DNA of 64,000 bases, from the NCBI RefSeq assembly GCF_048593235.1, contig NC_133618.1, forward strand, positions 656,220,361 through 656,284,360, read 5' to 3'. Position 1 is the first letter of the stretch. The number at the start of each line of letters is the position of its first letter. Made by a program: the position numbers and the translations under genes. The notes below the pieces were generated by a model. It did not search any database, was not told the DNA's origin, and worked only from the letters and a program-made list of their open reading frames with translations. Positions 36,001 to 49,618 of the stretch are shown in pieces. Origin of the DNA: Sminthopsis crassicaudata. Lineage: Eukaryota.

Positions 36001-39000
36001 AAGGCCATACTCAACCAGCTCTCCCCCCTCCACTCCCCATGCCCAGAGGTGTTTTTGAGGTCTCTGGGACACATATGCTGCGGATCCTCCCACAGGGGTC
36101 TTATTTAAGACAGCTGCTTAATTCTTATTAACCAAGTAGTCTACTTGTTAAGGAACTGGGTTAACAAGAGAAGGATCTAAGCAGAAGAAAAATATTGTCT
36201 TCCCCTGCCCCATTCAAGTTTGGAAGATGACAAGGAGGGAAATGGACATGTCAGCTGTTGTCTAGAATGGTGTCCCTAGAACTGGTTCTACAAAGCCCAC
36301 CCCCTTTACCCAAACCAACTCTCTTTTGTCAGACTGGCTGGAACCTCCAAATCCCCCTACCCAGTCTTATCCCTATTGATTCTTTCTAAACATAGGCCTC
36401 AGAATGATAAATAATGAGGCCTTTGGGCTATATATCCTTACAGCTAAAATGCTATCACTAGCTGCACTCGTGGGGGACACAGTAAGCAGCGTGCTGGAGT
36501 CAGGAAAAACTCAATCTCAAATTATGCCTAAGACACAAATTTCTCTGAGACATTTCCTTAACTGTAAAATGAGATTAATAAAAATAGAACTACTGTAATC
36601 AAACAAAATAATTCTATGTAAAAGCACTTTGCAAAACTTAAAGCACTCAATAAACACTGACTCTTCTGACTACCATTTATTCCCATCTCCCTATTTACTA
36701 ACCCCACTGTCCAGGACACTCACCTCCTCAGGGGGCAGCCTGGCCAATGGTTTGATGACAGCTGCCAGAGGCACCTGAGCCTGCTTGGCCATGTCAGATG
36801 TGCAAGGGATATTATATGATGTACACCGGATATATCGGGGACTTGCATTCCCTGCAAAAAAAAGTAGAGAACCAGACTTAGATCAGTTTCTCTTATATTC
36901 CTATGTACAGACATACAACCAGTATCAAAGTAGGCCTTATTGCTTGCCATTAGGAACTAAGTTCTAATTAAACATGACTAAAATGTAATTCTCAAGCTCC
37001 AGACCACGGCTGAGTCTACCTCCATCCAATTTATGAAGACCCCTCAGGGATGGGCAATAAAGGTGATGGTGCCTTACTCACCTTGGTCTTTCACTAGAAA
37101 GTTGGTGGTAACCAGGGGTGGGACTTGGCCTCGTGCTCCAGTGACAAATGGCTCTGACCCCCGGTTATTCCTATCATCTTCAATGACCTGGATCTGTAGG
37201 AATGAGGGCAATGAGGTAAATGTAAAAAGGAAGAAATTATACAACAGAAAACAAGAAATGGAAGAGAATGGAGTTGTACAACACATTCTGATGATTCACC
37301 AAGCAATATACTTACACATCCCCAACCTTCTCAACTAGGTCCCTCTCCAATGAGATACCAACAAATGGTTACAAACCCAATCCTCACCCTTACAATCCCC
37401 ACTCTCAAGCCAGCAGCATTCCAAGTGGGCAAAACTAGGGGATGGAGGAAGGATATATGTCAGGTGGTTGATGAGCTCGGCAATGAAATCTCAAGCCCTA
37501 CAGATTCCACCCTGCCCAACCTCTTTGGATGATTCTAGGGCAATCCAAACACAGACCCTTAGGGCAGATCAGATTCCCTCTACCCAACATGACTTCCCTT
37601 TCTTTCCCATAAGTTACATTCAGAAGAAAAACAAGAGGTGACAAGGTGAAAAAGAATCTATCTAAAATGACCCCACATTCAATGGAATGGGCAAATAGGA
37701 TAAATGGTAAGGAGGGGAGGGGAACAAACTCTGCCTTTCTCTCAAACGGAGTACTCTAGAGATGAGCACAGGAAAGATACTACATCATGCTACTCAATTA
37801 TAATCCTAAAATTCCTCCCTTAATCCTTAGAGATAACATTATTTTAGACCAGTTTCTCTTTATCCTACAAAGATGTTGAAGGGAGAAGGAAGGAGAAAAA
37901 TTTGGTGGGCCAGTGATGATATTCATGAGCACCATGGTCATCTTCTGTCACCCCAAGAAGGGATAAATGAAGTCAACAGTGAAGGAGAAGAGGACCTGCT
38001 TCTGATTCCCTCATCTCATATTTCACAATCTTCCATAGCAGAAAGAGGGTAGAAGTCAACATTATTCATGAGTACATGAGGAAGAAGTCCAGAACCTGCT
38101 ACACCATCCCTCAACCCAAGCAGGCAGGTCCTCTTCTAGACAGTTCAGTCCCTAAGCTACATCCTAAAGCCCCGTAGATCAATGCCCCTAAAGAGATTTG
38201 GATTCACCACAATAGGTAAACTAGCATCGAAATGGGAAGACCTGACCCCTACTCTTACCAAGTCTTAAACATAATGCCTCACAGAAGCTAGTGGGAGGGA
38301 TTAATCAGGTGAGGCTGCTTACTTCTATCATTAGCTTTCTAGAAACTTCACCCCCATTCTTCATTGCTGCTGTTCCCAGCCCTCTACTTTTTTTTGCAAC
38401 ATAGTAAGCAGAGAAATGCATGCTGTTCCTGCCAGTGGGGAGATGGGTGGGTTGAAGGATGAAAGGAACTGGGGAAGGGGTGAACACAGTCAATGAAGTG
38501 AAGTTGAAGTCACGGCATGCACAGGTGGCACCAACACGGAGAAGACACGCACTCCCCACACCCGGACTTACTGGGCTAGGAATGGCATCAGGGTCTATTC
38601 TGTGCCTGGTTTTCTGCTGAGGAGGCAGCTCATTGAGTTGCTTTTAGTTTGTTTTAATAATAAAGGCAGCAAAAAGACACACGGAGAGAAACAAAAGAAC
38701 AAGCAGATGTTACTTCTCTCAGCCCTAATGGAGTTAGACACATACATCTGGAGCTCTGAAAACATCGTGAACCAGGTTCCCTCTGGGTGTGGAAGCCCCT
38801 ACATCCTTGGCCTCTCAGCTCAAAGGCTCTGGTGGCCCAGAGTGTGATGTAGGAGGACAAGGAACAGGGCACAGACGGATGCCAAGCAAGGAGAATACGG
38901 GGAAGAGCTGGGCAGACAATGACACTCCACGGAGGAAAAAGGATGTTCCCACTTGACCAGTCACAGAGCAGGTAGCTACCTAGGAGACCCACTCATCATC

Positions 39001-42000
39001 TCACTGAAAGGGTATGACCTCAAACCAGCTGGCCTTCTATTGCTCCAAAAGAGCTCCAATTACTTGGGAAAAGCTTTGCTCACTCTACCCCTCAGCCAGG
39101 AAGGCTGCCATCACCGTAGTGGCTCCTCCCCAGGGACCAGCCCCACAGAGAGTAGAAGAGAACACAATGAAATATGATAACTTGAAAGTATTAGTGAGTG
39201 AGCAAACACATCAAATGCTGTGACTGGAATGGTCAGGAAGCTGATTCGAGAGAGAACAACCCCCTGGCATCTAGCCTAATTCTTAGTGGTTCTGAAGTCT
39301 CTAACCATCTTCAGGGACAAAATTCATTCTTTCTGAAATACAGTAGTTCTTCTGTAGGCTTTTCAATTCATATATCCATAATGAACTTCTCCTTCCCTTA
39401 TTATCAATGAAACTGGAATGTTCCAGGGAGGAGACTTTATCTACAGGAAAAATGGTCTTAGCCCATGCTCTAAAGATGAGGTGATCAGTTCCCAAGAGTT
39501 TCAAGGTATATCTATTGTGACATACCTCACTAAAATTCACCACAGCTCCACAAAGTCTAGAGGATCATACTATGTTCTGCCCTAACACAATATTCCTCCC
39601 TCCTCCCCTTACTGCAAATAATAACAATCAAAATTTACTCTAAACTTTGCACACACTCACACACACACACACACACACACAAATGATGAGAGAAAAGGGC
39701 TGAGGTATGTTGCTTAAGATTTATTCCCATTCTCTCCAACTTAACATGAACATAACACACGCACACACACACTCTCATACATGTGTTCATTACTCCTGGC
39801 ACACGGATGCTCAAACAGTCACAATCACAAGACAGTGTACCTACAGGACTGGGAATAGAATCAGGATCCAAGCGCTTAGGAGGAGGTGGCTGAGGAGGCC
39901 CAGGCTGACTGGCAAAGTTGGGTGCTCCAGAGTAGGATCCCCCATAATTGGGCTGAGGGCCTCGAGCTGGTCCAAAGGAGCCTGCAAGGCAAAGGTATAA
40001 GGATTAAAACCTCCATGTTCCTCCCTAACCTCTCTCACAAAGCCTAAGACATTCCACAAACATAAGAGATAAATATTAAGGTACACTAATACAACTCATT
40101 CACCACCAAATTGGAAAAAAATCAAATGTAAAGTATGTAAAGAATACTAATTAATCTTGGAGTCACACGTCCTTGGATCAGATGCTTAATAGCTGTGGGA
40201 CCCCAGGAAAGTCCCTTAACTCCCCTAAGCCTCAGTTTCCTCATGTTACATGGAGTTGATACTTGCACTACTTATCCTCTCCTTCAAGGGTTGGGAAAGG
40301 AAAGCACTTTGTAAATCTCATATCAATGCAATCATAATAATAATTATCATAAACTCCTGGGAAGGAAAACTGTGGATAAACTCTATCCCATACAAAAAAC
40401 ACTAGTCAAACAAATGATACTTAAAATCATGGCATGTAGAACTCCCAGTTTCAACAAAGTTAACCTGGGAAAGACTCACCGTTCTGTTGCAGCTGATAGC
40501 CTGGTTGGGAGGAGTGCATAGGAGGTGGTGGTGGTCCTGGGGGACCAGGCAATGGGGGTTGAGCTTGTGGGGAAGGTGAAGATGCATGGTTGGTCTGGCT
40601 CACTGGGGGCCCTCCAAAGCTCTGTCCAGGCATAGGTGGTCCAGCAACTGAAGGAGGCCTAGGAGCCCCTGCTGCTGAGGGTGGGAAGCTAGAAGCCTGC
40701 AGAGGGACAGAGCGCTGTGGGGTTTGGGCACCAGAATGAGCCTGGGCTAGGCTAGTAGGTGGAGCCAGGTTCTGAGGGTAAGAACCATAGAGACTGGAGC
40801 CTGGAAAATTTCCTGAGGCTGAAGCCATTGATGTAGGTGGTGGGCCTGAAGAACAGAAGAGATAAGTTATTACCATATTTACAAATTGTTTCTGATTTTT
40901 TTTTTCCCCTGAGGCTGGGGTTAAGTGACTTGCCCAGGGTCACACAGCTAGGAAGTGTTAAGTGTCTGAGACCAGATTTGAACTCGGATCTTCCTGAATT
41001 CAAGGCTGGTGCTCTATCCACTAGATAGAGTAGATACACCACCTAGCTGCCCCTAATTGTTTCTCTATCTACCCAGCAAAGGTGACTATAATTCTCCATT
41101 TTTTTGATACCAAGAGGTACAGGGAAGCAGAGTTAGATTATCATAATTTATCAGAACCTTATAGCTTTTATCAGTCATAACTACCAAAGACCCTGAAAAC
41201 AAAACTCTCAACAGAAAAATGTTTGGCAGTGCTCAGTAGTGCCACATAAAAAGCTGGTGTGGTTTAATAATGGAATTGTCACTAAGACATAAGATTACCT
41301 GCTTTGCCACTGCACCCTTAAAGATGTTGTGCCTTACCATTCAACTTGCAAACTGTATCATCCATTAGAGGAATTCCTAGTTTTCTATTTATAACCCCAA
41401 GGTTTATATGCTTTAGCCATAGTAAAAACTTAATAAATGTTCTTTTCTCCATTCCTTGGAGGATGGGCCACTCACCATAGCCTAATCCTGAAGGAGGAGG
41501 AGCAGCAGCCGGGCCACTAATCTGCAATCCTGCCATCTGAGTGGTCACCTGTGAGTTTGTTGGGAGAGAGCCATAGGGCTGAAATGTAGCAGGCTGGTTC
41601 ACCAGGGGGGCCACTGGGGCCGGCACAAATGGCTGAGACACAGGGGGCCTGAGGAGAGAGAGAGAATAGAGGTTAATAATAAGATCTAGAAACCTTGGCA
41701 AACTTGACAAGAATCTACCCTAAGACTATCTTACCCCTTCTTTTCCCTAGCCTGGGTTCTGCCAAGACTTCATTTCATATCTACACACAAATGGTACAAA
41801 TTCTTGATGCCCAAAACATAAATTTCTTCAAGGGATCATCAATATAGTGCATTTTTCACTGCATAGATTGTCATTAAGAGATCCAATGCCCTCCTGACTC
41901 CCCCCACTTCCCTCCCAAAATATTACCATACGGCCAAACTGGAAATGAAACTCCAAATGAATTAGGATGGTCCTTAGACAAAAATTTCTTTCAAGAATAT

Positions 42001-45000
42001 CACTGAGACAATACTAAAAGCCTTTTCACCTAAGACCCATCAAAGACTATACTCTAATGTCAAAGCCTTCAAGAATCCAAAATCATCTCTTCACTACAAT
42101 GAGATGTTGGGTTAGAAATTTATGTGATACATCATCAATATTATATGATGATCAATTCTGATGAACATGACTCTTTCCAACAATGAGATGATTGACGCCA
42201 GTTTCAATGATCTTGTGATGAAGAGAGCCATCTACCCCCAGAGAAAGGGCTGTAGGTACTGAATGTGGATCACAACATAACATTCTCATTTTTTTTTTTT
42301 TTATTGTTGTTAACTTGCATTTTGTTTTCTTACTCGTTTACTTTTTTTGGGGGGGAGGGGGAATCTGATTCCTCTTGTGTAGCAAATTATATGAATATGT
42401 TTATACATATTGGATTTAACATACATTTTAACATATATTGAATTGCTTGCCATGGGGGGGGGGGGGATGGAGGAGAAAATCTGAAACACAAGGCTAAGCA
42501 AGGGTCAATGTTGTCAAATTATCTGTGCATATGTTTTGAAAATAAAAAGCTTTAAATTATAACAACTCTGAGATACCACTACACACCTATCAGATTGGCT
42601 AGAATGACAGGGAAAGATAATGCAGAATGTTGGAGGGGATGTGGGAAAACAGGGACACTGATACATTGTTGGTGGAATTGTGAATCCATCTAGCCATTCT
42701 GGAGAGCAATTTGGAACTATGCTCAAAAAGTTATCAAACTGTGCATACCCTTTGACCCAGTAGTGTTACTACTGGGCTTATATCCCAAAGAGATATTAAA
42801 GAAGGGAAAGGGACTTGTATGTGCAAGAATGTTTGTGGTGGCCAGAAACTGAAAACTAAGTAAATGCCCATCAATTGGAGATTGGCTGAATAAATTGTGG
42901 TATATGAATATTATGGAATATTATTGTTCTGTAAGAAATGACGAACAGGATGATTTCAGAAAGGTCTGGAGAGACTTACATGAACTGATGCTGAGTGAAA
43001 TGAGCAGGCCCAGGAGATTGTTGTATACTTCAACAACAATACTATATGATGATCAATTCTGATAGATGTGGCCATTTTCAACAATGAGATGAAACAAATC
43101 AGTTCCAATAGAGCAGTAATGAACTGAACCAGCTACACCCAGCAAAAAAACTCTAGGAGATGATAATGAACCACTACATAGAATTCCCAATCTCTCTAAT
43201 TTTGTCCACCTGCATTTTGGATTTCCTTCACAGGCTAATTGTACACTATTTCAAAGCCTGATTCTTTTTGTACAGCAAAACAACTGTTTGGACATGTATA
43301 CATATATTGTATTTAATTTTAAACTTGAATATGTTTAATATATATATTGGTCAACCTGCCATGTGGAGGGGGAGGGGGAAAGAGGGGAAAAATTAGAACA
43401 AAAGGTTTGGCAATTGTCAATGTTGTAAAATTACTCATGCATATATCTGGTAAATAAAAACTATTAAAATATGTTAAAAAAAAAAAAAAAGAAAAAAAGA
43501 AAGGAAGGAAGGAAGAAAAGAAAAAGCTTTATAAAGAAAAAAAAGTAAAGAAATTTATGTGACAATACTATGAATCAACTTTTTGGTGGCTCTAATGGTA
43601 TACTAGTTACATGAATACAATCTGAGGCTTCTTTCCAAAATACAGATATGAGCCATAAAGAAAACAAACTTAGAAAGTTCATCTTAGATTGGCATACTGC
43701 ATAAGAGGCAATACGTTTGGATGTCAGTTGACTAGGAAGAAGGAAGCTAAAAAACTTCTCAGTTCTTTCTAAATGAATTCTTTATGGTGTGGTTTCATTA
43801 TTTACTTTCAAGTATTTGCATTCTCCTAATTTCAGACATGGAGGCAGCTAGGTTATTGAGTGGAGAGAGTTCTGGGTCTGGAGTAAAGAAGACCTGAATT
43901 CAAATTGAGCCATAAACACTTATTGGCTGTGTGACTCTGGGTAAGTCACTACATTTCAGTTTGCCGTTCTTAATCCACTGGAAAAAAAATTGGCAAACCA
44001 TTCCAAAATCTTGGCCAAGAAAGCTCCAAGGTCAGCACTGACATATTAGGAGCCACCGGTCACAAAGCACTGGACACAATTCAGCAACAAAAAACATCAG
44101 ACATATCTATTTGGTTCAGAAACACTATTCAAATATTAGCACCAAGCCACATTTCAAATTATACAAGCTGACAAAACTCATTAGAAATTGTAAAAAACAC
44201 ACACCTACATTGCTGGTAGAACTGAAAATTAGTACAATCTTTTTATACAAAATCTAGAAGTTAAAACAAAAATCAAATAATACCATTATTGGAAACACTA
44301 AGAATGTTATCATAAAGTAAAATAAAAAAACATATGCAATAGGTAAAGATGGCATTTATTTAAAAATGATTTTTCATAAATGCAAATGTAATGAACAATC
44401 TAAATACTCTGCATTTGGTGAATGAACTATGATATATCAGTGAAATGAAATAGAATCTCAGTGTGCTACAATGGCATTACAGTAATACATTGAGAATCTA
44501 TGATTTCAGTGCTGAACCAATACAGATTTCAACCCATCTAAAATTTAGTAAACAGGTCTTAGAGAGCTACCTTAGGGTCAGAGAAGCTGTGACCAAATCA
44601 TGGTCACATAGCCAGCAAGGATTGAAAAGAAACTCTGAACTGAAGAGTCATGTTGCAATTAAACAAGACTAAAGAAATCTGGAAAGATTTGTATGAACTG
44701 ACATCAAGTAACAAAAGTAGAAAAAACAAAAGAGAGAAAAGTATATATATGAAGATGAATCTTGGAAGATCACAGGTTAAAAGGCCCTTAAAGGCCATTT
44801 ATGTTAACCTCCTGTTTCATGAATAAGAAAACTAAAGTCCACTAAGGCTAATTTACTGGGCTAAATTCTGTTAAATACTAAGTGGCAGAGCAGTATTCCT
44901 GTGGCCTAAAATTGAGAAAGACAAAGAGAAATAAGATATTATGGGCATAGTGTATGAATTAAATAATATATATGTTTAATTGATTTTGTTATTTGAAAGT

Positions 45001-48000
45001 AAAATCAAAGTCATTTTTAAGGAACTTGGCTAAAGTTATCTTTGGAATCCATGTTAGAGTGCTGTAATATAAAACAAGGTCTTTCTGGTTTTTCTATGAG
45101 GTGAAAAAACCTCCCTTGGAAAGAAGCCTAGACAGACTTGCCATCCCAAACTATGGAAAGGTTGACTATATAACCATGTAGACTTTGCCCTCTCACCTCT
45201 TTAATTTGTAATCTACAATTAATGATATTCATATATAATGTCTTACTTTTAGAACTTAGTCACTTACTGTTCTATTCCACTACACTGTGGACAAGATTAT
45301 ATTTTATACTCTCTGGCACCTAGCTCATGAAGCACATAATAGGTACTCAATGGATGTTTGCTTCATCAGCCTCCCTTGAATTAGCAAGGATAATTAAGAG
45401 CTCATTGCATTCTTATCACACATATTTATTTCATAGCTCCAAGAAGAGAAATGTCACCTGTTCAGCTAACAAAGGTCAGAAACTTTTCCAGGCTACTTTC
45501 CTCACTTTCTTTTATTTCAATGTATAAATCTAAATTCTGGGGCCTTCTGTCTTCTCCTTCCTTAAATGAAAAATAAAGAGCCCTGATGGGAAAAGGCCAT
45601 AAAGGAGAAGCAGCTCCTAAAGGCTTTATGCACTGCTCTGCCAAAAAATCTGACTGGTTTCTCATCCAGGTCCTTCCTGCTACATCCCTCACAAGTTATA
45701 TCCCAGTCCTCATTTCTTCTTTCTCTCTGAAATAGAGGGGCTACTCTTCTATGCTTGGAGACAGGGCTGGAGTGATCCAGCCAACCCTACATAGAGCCTA
45801 GTGACAGGAGCAGATCTAATGGATCTCAAAGTCCCTTCCTATTCTTTCATAGGAGTAGACTCAGTAAGGACAGTAATGTTAATGGCTAAATGGTGTCTAG
45901 ATAAGAAAAAATCCAGTGGCAGAAAGCCTAGAGCTGAAGATAGAGAATGTGAAACAACCCTAACTAAGAAGCCAATATACCAATAATACCAGCGGAACAT
46001 TAGGGAAAGGAAATGAGAGAAAAAAAACTGGTGAGGAGAAGGGAAATAGGTTGACAAAGGGCAGAAATGGAAAGAAGAGAGATAAGGGAGGGAAGGGGGG
46101 AGGAATAGATCACAAAAGGAAGGGGACCCACATGCACCATTGCCTTCTTTTCACAAAGCCTGAATGTGATCTAACCAAAAGTGACACCAACACTTACCTC
46201 TGCATCTGAACAGTGGAGCTAGGCCCATTCTGCACATCTCCTTGGCCAAACTGGCCATATGCAGACTGGCCACTAGGAACTGTAGTTCGGGCTGTAGTAG
46301 AGGCTGGGGGTGTTCCCGAGGAAGGTGGAGCTCTTGGCACACCTGGGAGAAATGGACAGAAATTCAGTGATTACCAAAAGGTCTCTTTTTTTCCCATCCT
46401 GGGCCAGAGGTTCAAAATAGAGATCAGAGAGCTCAGCCACCCATTGCACGCTCCCGCTGCCTCACAGTGAAGATGACACCTCTGCCTGTCACTTCTAGCC
46501 ATGGCAGCCCTTCTTGTCCTGAAAGCCCAAACAGAAAGCTCCCCTTCCCCGTATCAGTGTCACTGATTGAGTCTTCTACTAGTCATAAAATCCTTCTGAG
46601 ATCTTTGTATCAAATCTGCTGACAAACCTTGTGGATTCTACGTTCTCAACATCTCTCCTTTCCTTTCAAGGCTAGGCAATAATCTTCTCTGGTTTGTCAA
46701 CCTGCTTCAAGTATCTTCCCTCTAGTCTACTACCATTCATCTTCCTAAAGCATAGCTCCTCCTCCCAGTCCCCAACTCAGAAATGTCAGTACCTCCCTAT
46801 ACATTCCCAGGATCAAATAGAAAATTTGGCCCCTTCCAACCTTTCAGGTTTTTTCTCACATTTTACTCCATGTACTCTATAATCCAATAACACTAGCCTC
46901 TTTGCTATACCTTGCGCACGTCACTCCATATCTCCCAGCTACATGTCTTTTTATTTGTTGTCTCCCACATGCCTAGAATTCTATCCTTGCTCATATCTGC
47001 TCCTCCTTCTCTGACTCCCTTCAAGTGCTAGTTCAAATCCCACCTTTGGCAAGAGTCCTTTTTCAACTCTTCCCCCCCTGCCTCCACGTGTTAGTACTTT
47101 TTTGAGATCACCTTCAGTTTACTGAGCAACTTTCCTGTGTGTACATAGGTGCTTGCAGGTTGTTTTCACCATTAAAATATGAGCTCCATATAAGGACAAC
47201 ACCTGTTTTTGCCTTTCTTTTCTTCCCAAGGCCTAGCATAGTCTAACATATAGTAAGCACTTAAATGCCAAATGACTTGACTATTCTTACACTCCTTCTA
47301 TTTAGTATAGTCTTACCCTTTTACAGCCCAAATATTAACATATTCAAAAAAAAGCACTAAGGATTAGCAATTTAAGATATGTCATTAAGGAGCAAATAAG
47401 TTTTACAAGGACATGACACAGACCTTGGCTATGAAGGTGTTTCATGACAGAGTGGGTGAAGGTAGGGAAGCCACCTGTTACCTACTCACACTAGATCCCT
47501 GATAAACCTAGATGTCAGAAATCCTCAGTTGTCATGAGTGTTTCCCTAGCAGAACTCAGACGTCTCCATTAACAGCTTCTTATTTATATCCTGATCCTAT
47601 CTCCAGGCTCCTCTCCCAACTGATGCCATTCATGACTCCATAGTAACATAGTATAATGGAAAGAATGCTTCTTTAGGAGTTAAAAGAGTCAGATTGTAAC
47701 TTCAACTCCACCACTCTCTATGTGACTGAACAAGTTGCTTAACTTGTCTGGGTCTCTGTTTCCTAATCTGTCAAATGAAGAGTTTGAACTAAATGAACTC
47801 TTCAGATCTCTATCTGTGATCCTATATATTCATTTCTATCTTTAAGGGAAGAGGATAACCATCCCTCTATACCCACAAGAGGTTCTGTGGACACTTTGAC
47901 CCTCCGATTCCCCCTTTTCCCATAAGGAAACTCCATTATCCATTTCTTCTATGCCACTTCTGTTTTCACAGTTAGAATCACAGAATTTCGGAGTTGATAG

Positions 48001-49618
48001 GGACCTTGGAAATCATCTAGTCTTGATTTTAATCTGCTCAAATAATAAACACTCACTGAAATTAAAACGACTTGCCTAAGGTGAGATATAACTTTTTTGT
48101 ACCAGAGCTAGAAGTGAAACTTTTCTAAATCCAGATCAGAATACTCTTCCACAAATCTAGCCCAATTTCTTTTGTTCTGTCCTTAGTAAAAGCACCACCA
48201 CCAGAAGCAACATGACAACTCTGACTTTACAGAAGCATCGTGATATATTTAAAAGAGTACTGACTTAGAAGTCAAGACCTTAGAAGTCAAGAGTGCTATT
48301 TACTAGCTCTGAGAACAAATCACTTACTTTAAGCTTCACTTTTTTTTCATCTGGAAAACAGGGATATTTATGTTATCTACTTCAGAGTTGTGAGAAAAGC
48401 ACTTTGCAAACTTCAAAATACTATATAAATTATCCTTAAAAAGTATGTGAAAATGCTTTGTGAAGTACAAAGTGTTGTACAAATGTAAGGTATTGATACC
48501 TATGAAATCATGGCAAAGTTCCCAGAGAGTTCTCAGAGATCGCCCATGAGATGATGCCAAACTCCAGTCTGATAGAGCAGGAGTTCAGATGCCTAAGGTG
48601 GACTCTGTCACGATCAAAGTCTCGAACCAGAATAGAGTAGGGACATGTTACAAATCTAAGAACTTTTTTTTTTTTTAACCTCAACTCACTTTCAACATTA
48701 TCAACTTTGATTCTAATACTTTGTTTTCATTCATCACATTCCTTCCCGAAGTCCTCAGTGGTCTCTTACTCTATATCTGTGAAGTCACCGCCATGACACA
48801 CACTGAGTTGGGCACACACCAAAGATGTACTTTCTTCTTCTCTGAGTAACTTGAAACAAGGTACAGAATCCCATTTACCCACAATCCTAGGACCATCCTT
48901 CCTGAAGGAGTACAAACCCTACAATGAATTTCATTGTGACAAACCCTCCAAATGCAGAGGTGCTTGAAGTACGACTGTGACAGAAGTAAATGATCTCAGC
49001 AGAAATCTATAAAAGGCCAAGAAGTCAGACTACACGTGAAAACTCTATCCCTTCTATTGAATAGCCACTTCCTTAAGTCCTTCATTCTATTCAGTCCTGA
49101 AAAGCCAAATCCAAGTTCAGGAACCCTAAGAACAAGGCTCCTGCCATCCAGAAGCCTAAAAAGCACTTCTCCCTTCCAAGGTAACTTTTTGCATCTAGTC
49201 CCTGCCAATAGGACCTGACAGGCTGTAGTCCAATGGAACTAGAACACCACCTCAAGGTGGTTTCTGGAAGCAATGAATTATCAATGGATACAATGTGGAA
49301 GCTACACACCCATTAAATGTCACAAAGGTGAATCAGAACCAGAAATAGGAAAGAGCACACACTCAGTCCACTTGACCCTAAGTGGTAACATAAAGTAGTT
49401 ACACCACAGCCCCTCTTCAGGGCAGTTTACAAGTAACTCAAACACCTACCTGTCGGAGGCAGTTGCTGATAGCCTGGCATTGGCCCGTTGTAAGCTCCAT
49501 AAGGACTAGGGGGGATAACGGGTCCTGGTTGCCCACCATAGCTGGATTGATATCCCGTGTAGCCAGGCTGAGGCTGTCCATAGGGCACCCCAGGGGGAGC
49601 TGGCTGATTGACATTCAT
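29980..49618 (-). CDS. SEC24C: COPII coat cargo adaptor SEC24C (1095 aa without the cassette exon)
   Basis: 22 coding exons: 49618-49450, 46342-46198, 41648-41476, 40845-40480, 39981-39845, 37193-37082, 36851-36724, 35368-35230, 35019-34904, 34786-34662, 34516-34325, 33610-33517, 33381-33265, 32867-32697, 32508-32412, 32302-32157, 31831-31693, 31377-31259, 31107-30928, 30750-30559, 30357-30268, 30120-29980 (TAG); total 3288 nt. All GT-AG and phase-consistent. Zinc finger [15 protein letters not shown]...RFQCCFC. C-terminus [17 protein letters not shown]. The ATG exon starts at 49646. Non-coding exon 1 ends at ~50723 (alternative donor at 50746). Confidence 0.96.
32995..33151 (-). mobile_element. 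WSINE1-type tRNA-derived SINE, young, slightly 5'-truncated
   Basis: WSINE1 body with a long A-rich tail. Perfect 14-bp TSD CCAGCTTATTTCTG at 32981-32994 and 33152-33165. Confidence 0.85.
38572..38640 (-). CDS. SEC24C: SEC24C alternative in-frame cassette exon (69 nt, [23 protein letters not shown])
   Basis: AG acceptor at 38642-38641, strong donor CCA|GTAAGT, phase 0/0 matching the flanking exons, no stop. The peptide repeats the [10 protein letters not shown] end of the preceding exon. Confidence 0.88.
39650..39681. repeat. (CA)n microsatellite
   Basis: ~16 CA units with one interruption. A second short CA run at ~39755-39772. Confidence 0.9.
40894..41054 (-). mobile_element. WSINE1-type SINE with small internal insertion
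   Basis: Full head (GGGGCAGCTAGGTGG on minus). TSD AATTGTTTCT at 40884-40893 and 41055-41064. Confidence 0.85.
42128..43548 (+). mobile_element. 5'-truncated L1 (outer) carrying a nested L1
   Basis: L1 3'-UTR sequence. TSD AGAAATTTATGTGA at 42114-42127 and 43549-43562, preceded by TT. Confidence 0.8.
42555..43520 (+). mobile_element. 5'-truncated L1 (inner): ORF2 C-terminus, 3' UTR and A-tail
   Basis: ORF2 end ([18 protein letters not shown]-like) plus poly(A)/GGAA tail. TSD AAAAAGCTTTA at 42544-42554 and 43521-43531. Confidence 0.85.
43838..44092 (+). mobile_element. MAR1-type CORE-SINE with RTE-like tail
   Basis: tRNA-like head and CORE, then atccactggaaaaaaaattggcaaaccattcc ... ggacacaattcagcaacaa (RTE-type 3' end). 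Confidence 0.65.
46540..47270 (+). mobile_element. L2 3' fragment
   Basis: Pyrimidine-rich L2 3' region ending cccaaggcctagcatagtctaacatatagtaagcacttaaatg. Boundaries approximate. Confidence 0.55.

Noticed and set aside
48586-48737. Possible C/D-box snoRNA (RTGATGA ... CTGA on minus) in SEC24C intron 2
   Set aside because: Boxes ~150 nt apart, no terminal stem and no recognisable guide; motif frequency explains it.
2419-49618. U12-type or GC-AG introns
   Set aside because: All visible donors in the five multi-exon genes are GT and none has the GTATCCT signature.
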